A stretch of DNA of 64,000 nucleotides, taken from NCBI GenBank assembly GCA_014379595.1, contig JACMLM010000011.1:29062-93061 (forward strand), read 5' to 3'. Both the position numbers and the translations under genes were made by a program. Shown here piece by piece: positions 26,700-35,104 of this stretch (within the stretch, counting starts at the first letter, position 1; the number at the start of each line of letters is the position of its first letter). The notes below the pieces were generated by a model, which saw only the letters and a program-made list of their open reading frames with translations, did not search any database and was not told the DNA's origin. This DNA comes from Anaerolineales bacterium (GTDB lineage: Bacteria > Chloroflexota > Anaerolineae > Anaerolineales > Villigracilaceae).

Positions 26700-27806
26700 A
26701 TGAAGAATATCGACGAATATTATGCCCCATGGGTTAAAGGCATTCCCATGTACATCTCGGAGCATATTGAAAAAGCATGGAGAGATCCATCATTGCACCG
26801 CATGATGTCTAACGAAAATCCACTGCCCCCTTCCGAGAAGGTTTTGGAGGCGATGTTCAAATATGCCAAGATGACCAACCGCTACCCCGATCAGGGACTT
26901 GTTGTACGCAGCAAGATTGCGGAGATCAATAATGTAGATGGTCCGCAGAACGTGATGATCGGAAACGGTTCCAGCGAAGTGTATGACAACATCTTCCGCA
27001 TGTTCATTGAACCCGGCGATGAAGTGATCCAGCACACACCCTGCTTCGGCATTTACGGTCTGCGCGGAAGTTTACTTGGCGCAAAGATGATCTCCGTGCC
27101 AATGATCTACAAGGACCATTTGCTGCAATACGATCACGAAGGATTGATGAAAGCAGTCACAGACAAGACTAAGATCATCGTGATCCCCAACCCCAATAAC
27201 CCAAGCGGCAACTTTATGGATCCGAAACACTTCGTGCCATTTGCAGAATTGGGCATCCCGTTAATAGTGGATGAGGCCTATATCGAATATGCAGGTCTGG
27301 GCATGTCACAGGTGCAATTAACTAAAAAGTATAAGAACGTACTCATCACCCGTACGCTCTCCAAAGCTTATGGTTTAGCAGGTATGCGCTTCGGTTACAC
27401 CATTGGTCATGAGGATGTAATCAAGCAAATTGCCGGTTCACTCCTCCCTTGGAACGTGGGCACCATCCCGATGTGGGCAGCGCTCGCAGCCTTTGAAGAT
27501 CCCGAGGGACTTGCAGAACGCGTCAAGTTTAATAACGATGCAGTTTCATTTATTTCTGAATCATTGAGTGTGATTCCCGGGTTCCATGTGATGCCCTCCA
27601 AAGCCAATTACATCCTCTTCGATTGTGGTGACACCGGCAAGACAGGCGCGGAAGTACTTGCTTACGCTGAGACCAAAGGCATAATCCTACGCGGTGAAAG
27701 CAAGAAGTACGGCTCCGATGGCTGGTTCCGCGTGACCATCGGATCGAAAGAAGAGAACGAACTCTTCGTCAACACCGTGCTTGAGTTTTTTGGGGTAAAT
27801 AAATAA
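26700..27806 (+). CDS. HisC/CobD-subfamily class I/II PLP-dependent aminotransferase
   Basis: SNENPLPPS, YPD, GNGSSE, NPNNPSGN, VDEAYIEY and RTLSKAYGLAGMRFGY motifs. The start is set at 26700 (GGAGA SD 5 nt upstream). The track start 26616 lies inside the inverted repeat. Confidence 0.8.
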   Translation: MKNIDEYYAPWVKGIPMYISEHIEKAWRDPSLHRMMSNENPLPPSEKVLEAMFKYAKMTNRYPDQGLVVRSKIAEINNVDGPQNVMIGNGSSEVYDNIFRMFIEPGDEVIQHTPCFGIYGLRGSLLGAKMISVPMIYKDHLLQYDHEGLMKAVTDKTKIIVIPNPNNPSGNFMDPKHFVPFAELGIPLIVDEAYIEYAGLGMSQVQLTKKYKNVLITRTLSKAYGLAGMRFGYTIGHEDVIKQIAGSLLPWNVGTIPMWAALAAFEDPEGLAERVKFNNDAVSFISESLSVIPGFHVMPSKANYILFDCGDTGKTGAEVLAYAETKGIILRGESKKYGSDGWFRVTIGSKEENELFVNTVLEFFGVNK

Positions 27807-27900
27807 AAAACCTTTAACCACGAAGGACACAAAGAGCACTAAGGAAAACCTTTTAAGAACTCCCCTTTGTGTCCTTCGTGTCCTTGGTGTTTAATTTTTT
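27807..27900. repeat. Palindromic intergenic element built from CACNAAGG units, copy 2 (terminator-like)
   Basis: Perfect 16-bp stem CACGAAGGACACAAAG (27819-34) / CTTTGTGTCCTTCGTG (27865-80), followed by a T-run. Starts immediately after the aminotransferase stop. Confidence 0.75.
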
Positions 27901-27914
27901 GAACTGGAGTTAAC

Positions 27915-28673
27915 ATGTCAAAAATAAAAGCAGTATTCTTTGATCAGGACGGCGTGATCATTGATACCGAACGGGATGGTCATCGTGTTTCGTTCAATAT
28001 GACCTTCAAGGAATTCGGTTTCACTGATGAATGGAGCGTTGAGTATTATCATGAACTACTCCAGATCGCAGGCGGCAAGGAACGCATGAAACAACATTGG
28101 AAGACCAAAGGGTTTTCCAAACCGATGACAGAAGAGGAAATTGATAATCTCGTTAAGGAAATGCATAAGCGTAAGACTGCCTTGTTCGTGGAACTGATCG
28201 AGACAGGCAAACTTCCGCTGCGTCCGGGCATTCATCGGTTTATGAAAGAGGCGATGGATGCAGGTTTGAAAATCGCGATCTGCACCACATCTAATGAGCA
28301 GGCGGCCAAAGCGATCACCGAAAAAGTTTTGTCTGATATCAAATTTGATCTTGTGCTTGCTGGTGATGTGGTTCAAAAGAAGAAACCTGATCCCGAAATT
28401 TATAATCTTGCACTTTCCAAACTTGGTCTTCAACCTGATGAAGCATTCGTGGTGGAAGATTCCAAAAACGGACTCACCGCTGCCAAAGCCGCGGAACTGA
28501 AAACCATTGTCACTACCAATCACTACACTGAAACTGAGGATGTGAGCAAAGGTGATGTGATCGTTTCCTGCCTCGGCGATGCAGATGGTGAAAAAGCCGA
28601 ACTTCGCAAAGGTGAAATCGCTGAATTCGATGGCGTAGTGCATGTGAATCAAGTGATGGAGTTGTTTGGATAA
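27915..28673 (+). CDS. HAD-IA phosphatase of the CbbY type
   Basis: FFDQDGVIIDTERDGHRVSFN..GGKERM..LPLRPG..GDVVQKKKPDPEIYNLA..VVEDSKNGLTAAKAA aligns block for block with plant/bacterial CbbY as I recall those sequences. Confidence 0.75.
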   Translation: MSKIKAVFFDQDGVIIDTERDGHRVSFNMTFKEFGFTDEWSVEYYHELLQIAGGKERMKQHWKTKGFSKPMTEEEIDNLVKEMHKRKTALFVELIETGKLPLRPGIHRFMKEAMDAGLKIAICTTSNEQAAKAITEKVLSDIKFDLVLAGDVVQKKKPDPEIYNLALSKLGLQPDEAFVVEDSKNGLTAAKAAELKTIVTTNHYTETEDVSKGDVIVSCLGDADGEKAELRKGEIAEFDGVVHVNQVMELFG

Positions 28674-28882
28674 TGTCCGTATTTTGTTAACAAAACAAAC
28701 TCAAAGATGTGCCGATTCGGACATCTGAGCCGTACCCTTTATACTTTCCGAGTGTTTTGGAATATAAGTGTAAAGGGGTACCCCAGCAGTAGGAGGCCGT
28801 ATATTGCCAATACAGTGTTTGCTCTACGTCATAAGTTCAGGTTCTTGATGTCAAATTAATACACACAAGGAGAATTACGAAT

Positions 28883-30448
28883 ATGGCTAAAAGTACAGAC
28901 CAAGATAAGAAAGTCTTGCATAATTTGGGATACGCTCAAGAACTTTCCCGTCGCATGAGCGGTTTTTCGAATTTCGCAATTTCATTTTCAATTATATGTA
29001 TTCTTGCAGGTGGCATATCATCGTTTCCTGCTGCTTTCAATTCTACAGGTGGTGGCGGTGCTTTTATTGGATGGCTGGTCGGTGGATTTTTCTCGCTGAT
29101 GGTCGCATTGAGTATGGGACAAATCGCCTCTGCCTACCCCACGGCTGGCGGCTTGTACCATTGGGCTTCTATCCTCGCTGGAAAATTCTGGGGTTGGTTT
29201 GCCGCATGGTTTAACCTACTTGGTTTGCTTTTTGTTGTTGCCTCAGTAGATGTATTTTTGTATGTCGTGTTCTTCAAAGACCTGTTACTTGGTGCAACAC
29301 TCGGTATAGACACATCATCCTTCACAATTTGGCATCAACACGCATTTGTGATTGTTGCCTTGGTAACGCAAGGGTTGCTCAACCACTACGGTATTGGCAT
29401 TACCACCAAAGTCACTGACCTGAGCGGTTACTTGATTTTAGCACTGACGGTTATCTTCATCATCGCTTTGTTTGCCTTCTCACCTGTTGCACTTGATTTC
29501 TCACGTTTGGTCACATTTTCTAATTTGACTGGTGTAGATGGTCCAGGTGGAGGCGTAATTCCAATTGTTGCCCCCAGCACATTTGCGGCTTTCTTCTTCG
29601 GCTTGATTTATGTGATGTATACCATTACAGGTTTTGATGCTTCTGGTCACACCTCTGAAGAAACTCATGATGCCCAAGTCAATGTACCAAAAGGTATGTG
29701 GACTTCCGTATTTTATTCATGGATATTTGGTCTCGTGATGGTAGCCGCATTTGTATTAACCATGCCCAGCATTGAAGAAGGTGCCGCCGCAGGTTTTGGT
29801 TCATTCTTCTATATGTGGAGCGCTTCTCTAATGCCTGCCTGGCTTAAGATAGCGCTTGCAGTAGGCTTTGTGATTGTGAACTACATTTGTGCATTGGCAG
29901 GTCTTACCTCCACTTCACGCATGATGTTTGCCTTCGCACGTGATGGTGGTTTACCAGCATCCAAACTCCTTTCACACGTCAGCACACAATATCGCACACC
30001 CACTTATGCCATCTGGACTGGCGTTGTATTAGCATTCATCACAACCTTAACAGGAATCATCGGTGTTGCACTTGGTTTACAAGGTGTAGATATCTTCCTC
30101 GTGCTTGCTACTGGCTGTGCAGTATTTTTGTATATTTCTTATGCAATACCTGTCATTGCTGGTTTCTTTGCCGAAGGAAAGACTTGGACCACAAAAGGTC
30201 CGTTTAACCTTGGCGGATTATCCAAACCAATCGCGCTTATTAGTGGTCTTGGTGTATTGCTTTTGTCCACTACAGGTTTCTTCCCACCCAATGTCCCTGT
30301 ATTCTATTTGACAATTGGCATGATTATCATTTTGCCAATTCTATGGGTTGCAGGTATCAACAAAACATTTGAAGGTGTTCCCACCGGTGACAAGATCCGC
30401 GAACGCCAGAAGATGATCGCTGAGATCGAAGCCAAATACAAAGATTAG
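28883..30448 (+). CDS. APC superfamily permease (amino acid / amino-alcohol transporter-like)
   Basis: 521 aa with about 12 predicted TM segments. APC-type N-terminus (LGYAQELSRRMSGFSNFAISFSIICILAGG). Good SD. Confidence 0.75.
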   Translation: MAKSTDQDKKVLHNLGYAQELSRRMSGFSNFAISFSIICILAGGISSFPAAFNSTGGGGAFIGWLVGGFFSLMVALSMGQIASAYPTAGGLYHWASILAGKFWGWFAAWFNLLGLLFVVASVDVFLYVVFFKDLLLGATLGIDTSSFTIWHQHAFVIVALVTQGLLNHYGIGITTKVTDLSGYLILALTVIFIIALFAFSPVALDFSRLVTFSNLTGVDGPGGGVIPIVAPSTFAAFFFGLIYVMYTITGFDASGHTSEETHDAQVNVPKGMWTSVFYSWIFGLVMVAAFVLTMPSIEEGAAAGFGSFFYMWSASLMPAWLKIALAVGFVIVNYICALAGLTSTSRMMFAFARDGGLPASKLLSHVSTQYRTPTYAIWTGVVLAFITTLTGIIGVALGLQGVDIFLVLATGCAVFLYISYAIPVIAGFFAEGKTWTTKGPFNLGGLSKPIALISGLGVLLLSTTGFFPPNVPVFYLTIGMIIILPILWVAGINKTFEGVPTGDKIRERQKMIAEIEAKYKD

Positions 30449-30477
30449 CCTTGATGCTTTGAAAGTTATATAATATA

Positions 30478-30510
30478 AAAGCGGTATCTTTTTTAAGATA
30501 CCGCTTTTAT
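30478..30510 (+). terminator. Intrinsic terminator after the permease gene
   Basis: AAAGCGGTATCTT-tttt-AAGATACCGCTTT followed by TAT-TC. 13-bp stem. Confidence 0.7.
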
Positions 30511-30537
30511 TCTTCTTTTATGATAAGAGGACGTCTT

Positions 30538-32004
30538 ATGAAATATCTACTTGGCATTGATCAAGGTACTACGCAAACAACAGCTGTCATCGTAAATGAA
30601 TATGGCGAGATGATCGAAAAGAATTCTGCACAATTGCCTGCACAGTTTCCACAGGCAGGCTGGGTGGAGCAGAATCCAAAAGATATTATTCAAACAGTAA
30701 AAGACGCTTGTAAACCTTTGCTCGATAAATATGATATTTCAGCAGTTGGGTTTGACAATCAAGGCGAGACATTTATTGTTTGGGACAAGGATACGGGCGA
30801 GCCTGTGACTCCCGCCATTGTTTGGCAGGATACGAGAGGCGAATCAGTCTGTAAAGCACTCGCCTCTTCTCTTGACCCGAACCTGCTTCGCCAAAAAACG
30901 GGACTCCTACTCGACAGTTATTTCTCCGCGCCAAAACTCAAGTGGGTATTTGAGAACAATCCCGAGATTCGCAAAAAAGCACATGCAGGCAAATTAAAAT
31001 TTGGTACAACTGAGACATGGGTCATTTGGTCTCTAACAAAAGGTCAACTACACATCACAGACCCATCCACTGCTTCGCGAACGCTCTTATTTGACATGAA
31101 TACCTTTGAGTGGGATGAAGACCTATTGAAATTATTTGATGTTCCAAGAAGTATGTTGCCCGAAGTAAAACCGTCCGCTGGATATATCGGCGACATTGAT
31201 TTTGGCAATGGAAAGCCATTACCCCTACATGCTTTATTGGTAGATCAGCAAGCCGCATTGTTTGGTCAGGCCTGTTTCAACACAGGGGAAATGAAGTGCT
31301 CGTTCGGCACAGGCAGCTTTCTATTGATGAATATTGGAGATAAGCCGAAACTCTCCAATAATGGATTGCTCACAACTGTGGGATGGAATTTCAACGGCCA
31401 TACCGCTTACGCTTTTGATGGCGGCATTTTTGTCACGGGTTCAGCAGTGCAATGGCTAAGAGATAATCTTAAGTTTATTCCGGACTCTGCATCTAGTAAT
31501 GAGTCTGCAAATAAATCCAAAGACAGCGGCGTTGTGGTTGTACCTGCTTTACAAGGACTCGCGGCCCCCCATTGGCGGACAGATGTGCGCGGCGCAATGT
31601 TTGGATTAAATCGCAGTACATCTTCCGATGATATTGTAAGAGGTACATTGGACGGGATCGCATGTCGTGTATATGAAGTGGTTACAGCCATGTCTCAAGA
31701 TGCAGGCAAAGCACCTCCGCATCTCAAGGTGGATGGTGGTCCGTCGGGGAATCCATATCTCATGCAAATGATCGCGGACTTGTTGAATCTCGAAGTACAA
31801 GTCTCAGCTGCTTTAGAAGCTACTGCAATTGGTATTGCTAATCTTGCTGGGGTTTCAGCACTTGGAACGAGCTTTGATGACTTGGCAAAGAATTGGAAAG
31901 CAGAGACGATCTACCAGCCCAAGATGAAGGAAGAAGAAAGAAGAAAGAAGTTAGAGCAATGGGGCAAAGCAGTTGAGGCTGTTAAGGCATATCATGGAAA
32001 GTAA
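30538..32004 (+). CDS. glpK: Glycerol kinase
   Basis: FGGY family with the GlpK N-terminus YLLGIDQGTTQTTAV and the GWVEQNP motif. The ATG at 30538 follows the AAGAGGA SD. The track start at 30520 is unlikely. Confidence 0.88.
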   Translation: MKYLLGIDQGTTQTTAVIVNEYGEMIEKNSAQLPAQFPQAGWVEQNPKDIIQTVKDACKPLLDKYDISAVGFDNQGETFIVWDKDTGEPVTPAIVWQDTRGESVCKALASSLDPNLLRQKTGLLLDSYFSAPKLKWVFENNPEIRKKAHAGKLKFGTTETWVIWSLTKGQLHITDPSTASRTLLFDMNTFEWDEDLLKLFDVPRSMLPEVKPSAGYIGDIDFGNGKPLPLHALLVDQQAALFGQACFNTGEMKCSFGTGSFLLMNIGDKPKLSNNGLLTTVGWNFNGHTAYAFDGGIFVTGSAVQWLRDNLKFIPDSASSNESANKSKDSGVVVVPALQGLAAPHWRTDVRGAMFGLNRSTSSDDIVRGTLDGIACRVYEVVTAMSQDAGKAPPHLKVDGGPSGNPYLMQMIADLLNLEVQVSAALEATAIGIANLAGVSALGTSFDDLAKNWKAETIYQPKMKEEERRKKLEQWGKAVEAVKAYHGK

Positions 32005-32106
32005 TGTCGTTGCGAGGAGGGCATTTGCTCTTCCCGACGAAGCAATCTCCCACGTTACATCGGAGATTGCTTCGGGCGTAGAACAAGAACGCCCTCGCAA
32101 TGACAT
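32003..32106. repeat. Compound palindromic element of the GTCATTGCGAGG family
   Basis: Outer arms ATGTCGTTGCGAGGAGGGC / GCCCTCGCAATGACAT. Inner perfect arms CGAAGCAATCTCC / GGAGATTGCTTCG. Fills the glpK-to-next-gene gap exactly. Confidence 0.75.
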
Positions 32107-32107
32107 A

Positions 32108-34507
32108 GTGTATGACGTCGCCATCATTGGCGCAGGAGCAGTGGGTTCTGCTATTGCTCGAGAACTTTCTCGTTATCAATTAAAGATCGCTTTAATCGAA
32201 TCAAATTCAGATGTAGGGATGGGCACCTCCAAAGCCAGTACCGCGATTTGGCATACAGGCTATGACGCAAAACCTGGTTCATTGGAAGCAAAACTTCTCA
32301 AACGCAGTTATGCTTTGATGGATAAATACCTAGTCGAAGCAAATATTGCTCATGAAAGAATAGGCGGGTTATTAATTGCATGGAATCAAGAACAGCTCGA
32401 CACATTGCCTGCCTTATTAAAACAAGCGCATGGAAATGGAGATACGGATATAAGGATTATTTCAGCTGAAGAAATATATAAACGAGAACCAAATATCAAC
32501 AAAGGTGCATTAGGTGGATTATTTGTCCCAGGCGAAGGGATTCTTTGTACATTCTCTGTTCCGCTGGCTTTTGCATATCAGGCTGTATTAAATGATGTCA
32601 AATTGTTTTTAAATCAATCTGTTCAAGAAATAAAGCAAGCAGAAGATCGATGGATCATTGATAATGAAATTGAGGCGAGATATATCGTCAACGCGGCGGG
32701 ATTGTTTTCAGATGAGATCAATGCCCATTTTGGAAAGAGTAGTTTCAAGGTCACGCCGAGGCGCGGGCAGTTGATCATCTTCGATAAACTGGCACGTCCG
32801 CTGGTTAATCATGTGTTGTTGCCTGTGCCAACATCCAAAACAAAAGGTGTATTGATCTGCCCAACGGTATATGGAAATATTTTGCTCGGTCCAACTGCCG
32901 AAGATCTAAATGACAAAACAGCAACCGAAACAACGGAAGAGGGTTTGAACTTTATTTTGGGAAAGGCACGTGAGATTTTGCCATCATTGTTGGATGAAGA
33001 AGTGACAGCGACCTATTCTGGCTTGCGGGCTGCGACAGAACATAGTGACTATCAAATTGAAATGGATGCGACACTTCGTTACTTGTGTTTGGGTGGGATC
33101 CGTTCAACGGGCATTTCTGGCGCGATGGGCATTGCCGAATATGGCGTTGAGCTGTTGAAAGATGCTGGCTTGGATTTGAAATTAAAAGATGAATTCAAAT
33201 TAGTAAAAATGCCAGCCATCGGACAGGCAGATATTCGTCCGCATCAAAGCGCAGAGATGATCGCGCGAAATGCTTCGTATGCTGAGATGATTTGTCATTG
33301 TGAAAGAGCTTCTCGCGGCGAGTTGATCGATGCGATGAATGCACCGATCCCTGCGACATCCTTGGATGCCTTGCGTAGAAGAACACGCGCTTCACAAGGG
33401 CGATGTCAGGGATTTAATTGTCATGCGGCATTGGTAAAAACTCTGGAGAATCGTAGTAACGACTTCAGTCGTTATATAAGTGTAATTAAAAAAACGACTG
33501 ACCCAGAGGGCTTAGTCGCTGCTACAACTAGCGATGTGTTAATCATCGGAGCCGGACCTGCTGGGTTAAGCGCTGCGATTGAACTAAAGAAACAAGGCAT
33601 AAAAAATATTATGGTCGTTGACCGTGAACCCGAAGCAGGTGGAATGCCGCGTTTATGTCATCACACAGGTTTTGGGCGTGAAGATTTATGGCGTATGTGG
33701 TCAGGCCCAAAATATGCAAAATATTATCGTGATCTTGCAGAGAAGAAGAATGTGGATGTGCAAACATCTATAACTGTAATGGGCTGGGGAATTTCAGACT
33801 CGGGAAGTAGTGCGACGCACTCCATTAACTTCACATCTCCAAATGGACTTGGTGAAATTAATGCAAGCGTTGTTTTGCTGGCAACAGGCGTACGCGAAAG
33901 ACCGCGCTCTGCACGTTTAATCCCAGGAACTCGGCCGCAAGGGATTTATACAACTGGTTCATTGCAAAGGTTTGTTTATCAGGAAAAACTGCCCATAGGA
34001 AAACATGCTGTCATCATTGGTGCAGAGTTGGTGAGTCTCTCTGCATTGATGACACTCATGCACGCCGATGTAAAATGTGAAATGATGGTGACCGAAGAAA
34101 AGCATCATCAAATTGAGTTCCCATATATCGCGATGAAATGGGCAATAGCAGATATCATCACGCGCACGCCTATCATTACAGAGACAAAAATAACTAACAT
34201 CTTTGGCAAAAAACGTGTGGAAGGTATTGAGATCACTGATAAAAATGGAAAAACAAAATATGTAGAATGTGACACCGTGATCTTTACTGGCAATTGGATT
34301 CCTGAAAATGAACTTTCACGAACAGGCGGGTTGGAAATTAATCCCACCACACGCGGGCCTGTCATTGATAAAAGCTTCCATTCTACGGTCAGAGGCGTAT
34401 TTGTGGCAGGGAATCTAATTCGCGGTGTGGAAACTGCTGACCACTGTGCTTTGGAAGGAAAATGGGCTGCACAGGCAATCGCAAGTTATATTAAACAAGT
34501 GAGATGA
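32108..34507 (+). CDS. Glycerol-3-phosphate dehydrogenase-like FAD oxidoreductase (GlpA-type with BFD-like 2Fe-2S region) fused to a GlpB / pyridine-nucleotide-disulfide-oxidoreductase-like domain
   Basis: Two dinucleotide folds (DVAIIGAGAVGSAIA and DVLIIGAGPAGLSAA). Cys cluster CHCERASRGEL..RCQGFNC. The start is probably the GTG at 32108, because the 45 codons upstream in the track ORF are the repeat element. Confidence 0.7.
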   Translation: MYDVAIIGAGAVGSAIARELSRYQLKIALIESNSDVGMGTSKASTAIWHTGYDAKPGSLEAKLLKRSYALMDKYLVEANIAHERIGGLLIAWNQEQLDTLPALLKQAHGNGDTDIRIISAEEIYKREPNINKGALGGLFVPGEGILCTFSVPLAFAYQAVLNDVKLFLNQSVQEIKQAEDRWIIDNEIEARYIVNAAGLFSDEINAHFGKSSFKVTPRRGQLIIFDKLARPLVNHVLLPVPTSKTKGVLICPTVYGNILLGPTAEDLNDKTATETTEEGLNFILGKAREILPSLLDEEVTATYSGLRAATEHSDYQIEMDATLRYLCLGGIRSTGISGAMGIAEYGVELLKDAGLDLKLKDEFKLVKMPAIGQADIRPHQSAEMIARNASYAEMICHCERASRGELIDAMNAPIPATSLDALRRRTRASQGRCQGFNCHAALVKTLENRSNDFSRYISVIKKTTDPEGLVAATTSDVLIIGAGPAGLSAAIELKKQGIKNIMVVDREPEAGGMPRLCHHTGFGREDLWRMWSGPKYAKYYRDLAEKKNVDVQTSITVMGWGISDSGSSATHSINFTSPNGLGEINASVVLLATGVRERPRSARLIPGTRPQGIYTTGSLQRFVYQEKLPIGKHAVIIGAELVSLSALMTLMHADVKCEMMVTEEKHHQIEFPYIAMKWAIADIITRTPIITETKITNIFGKKRVEGIEITDKNGKTKYVECDTVIFTGNWIPENELSRTGGLEINPTTRGPVIDKSFHSTVRGVFVAGNLIRGVETADHCALEGKWAAQAIASYIKQVR

Positions 34508-34510
34508 ATA

Positions 34511-35044
34511 TTGGCAGATGAATTGCTCGACATTGTAAATGACGAAGATATCGTAATAGGTCAAGAAATGCGATCTACCGTCCATCAACTAGGATTGCAG
34601 CATCGCGGCGTGCATGTTTTCCTGTTTACCCGGGACGGAAAAATGCTTATCCAAAAACGAAGTGCAGACCGTGCCGCATCTCCGTCCATGCTGGACTGCT
34701 CCGTATCAGAGCATGTTCAATCTGGAGAAAATTATCTGCAAGCGGCGACTCGTGGCTTGAAAGAAGAAATGGGACTAAGTGATATCGAGATCAAACCACT
34801 TGTCAAAATTAAGATGAATTATGGTGTCAACGATAATGAGATCAGTGTTTTATATGAAGGAATTGTTGACCCATCAACAGTGAAGTTCGACCCCGTTGAA
34901 ATCGAAGAAGTGACATATTACAGCTTGGAAGAAATACAGGAAATGACGAACAGGAAAGATGTCAAATTCTGCAGTTGGTTTGTGCAAATCTTGAATTGGT
35001 ATATGCAAAAGCCAGCGGAGTTAACTGTATTAAATACATATTGA
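34511..35044 (+). CDS. NUDIX hydrolase (IDI-like subfamily)
   Basis: Nudix box GENYLQAATRGLKEEMGL preceded by an IQKRS....P..LD.SVSEH layout. TTG start per the track. Confidence 0.7.
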   Translation: MADELLDIVNDEDIVIGQEMRSTVHQLGLQHRGVHVFLFTRDGKMLIQKRSADRAASPSMLDCSVSEHVQSGENYLQAATRGLKEEMGLSDIEIKPLVKIKMNYGVNDNEISVLYEGIVDPSTVKFDPVEIEEVTYYSLEEIQEMTNRKDVKFCSWFVQILNWYMQKPAELTVLNTY

Positions 35045-35092
35045 CATCTAAGGTTGATACTCGCCGTTAATGTTTAACCCATTGTTCTTTGT

Positions 35093-35098
35093 TATAAT
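35093..35098 (+). promoter_or_regulatory. Candidate -10 box of a leaderless transcript for the radical SAM gene
   Basis: TATAAT lies 6 nt before the ATG at 35105, and there is no SD. Confidence 0.3.
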
Positions 35099-35104
35099 TT
35101 CACG

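Noticed and set aside
28056-28652. 198-aa minus-strand ORF
   Set aside because: It is antisense to the CbbY-type HAD gene, which has all the HAD motifs. Shadow ORF.
31973-32107. N-terminal 45 codons of track ORF 31973..34507
   Set aside because: They are a translation of the palindromic repeat element and overlap the glpK stop. The FAD-binding fold begins right after the GTG at 32108.
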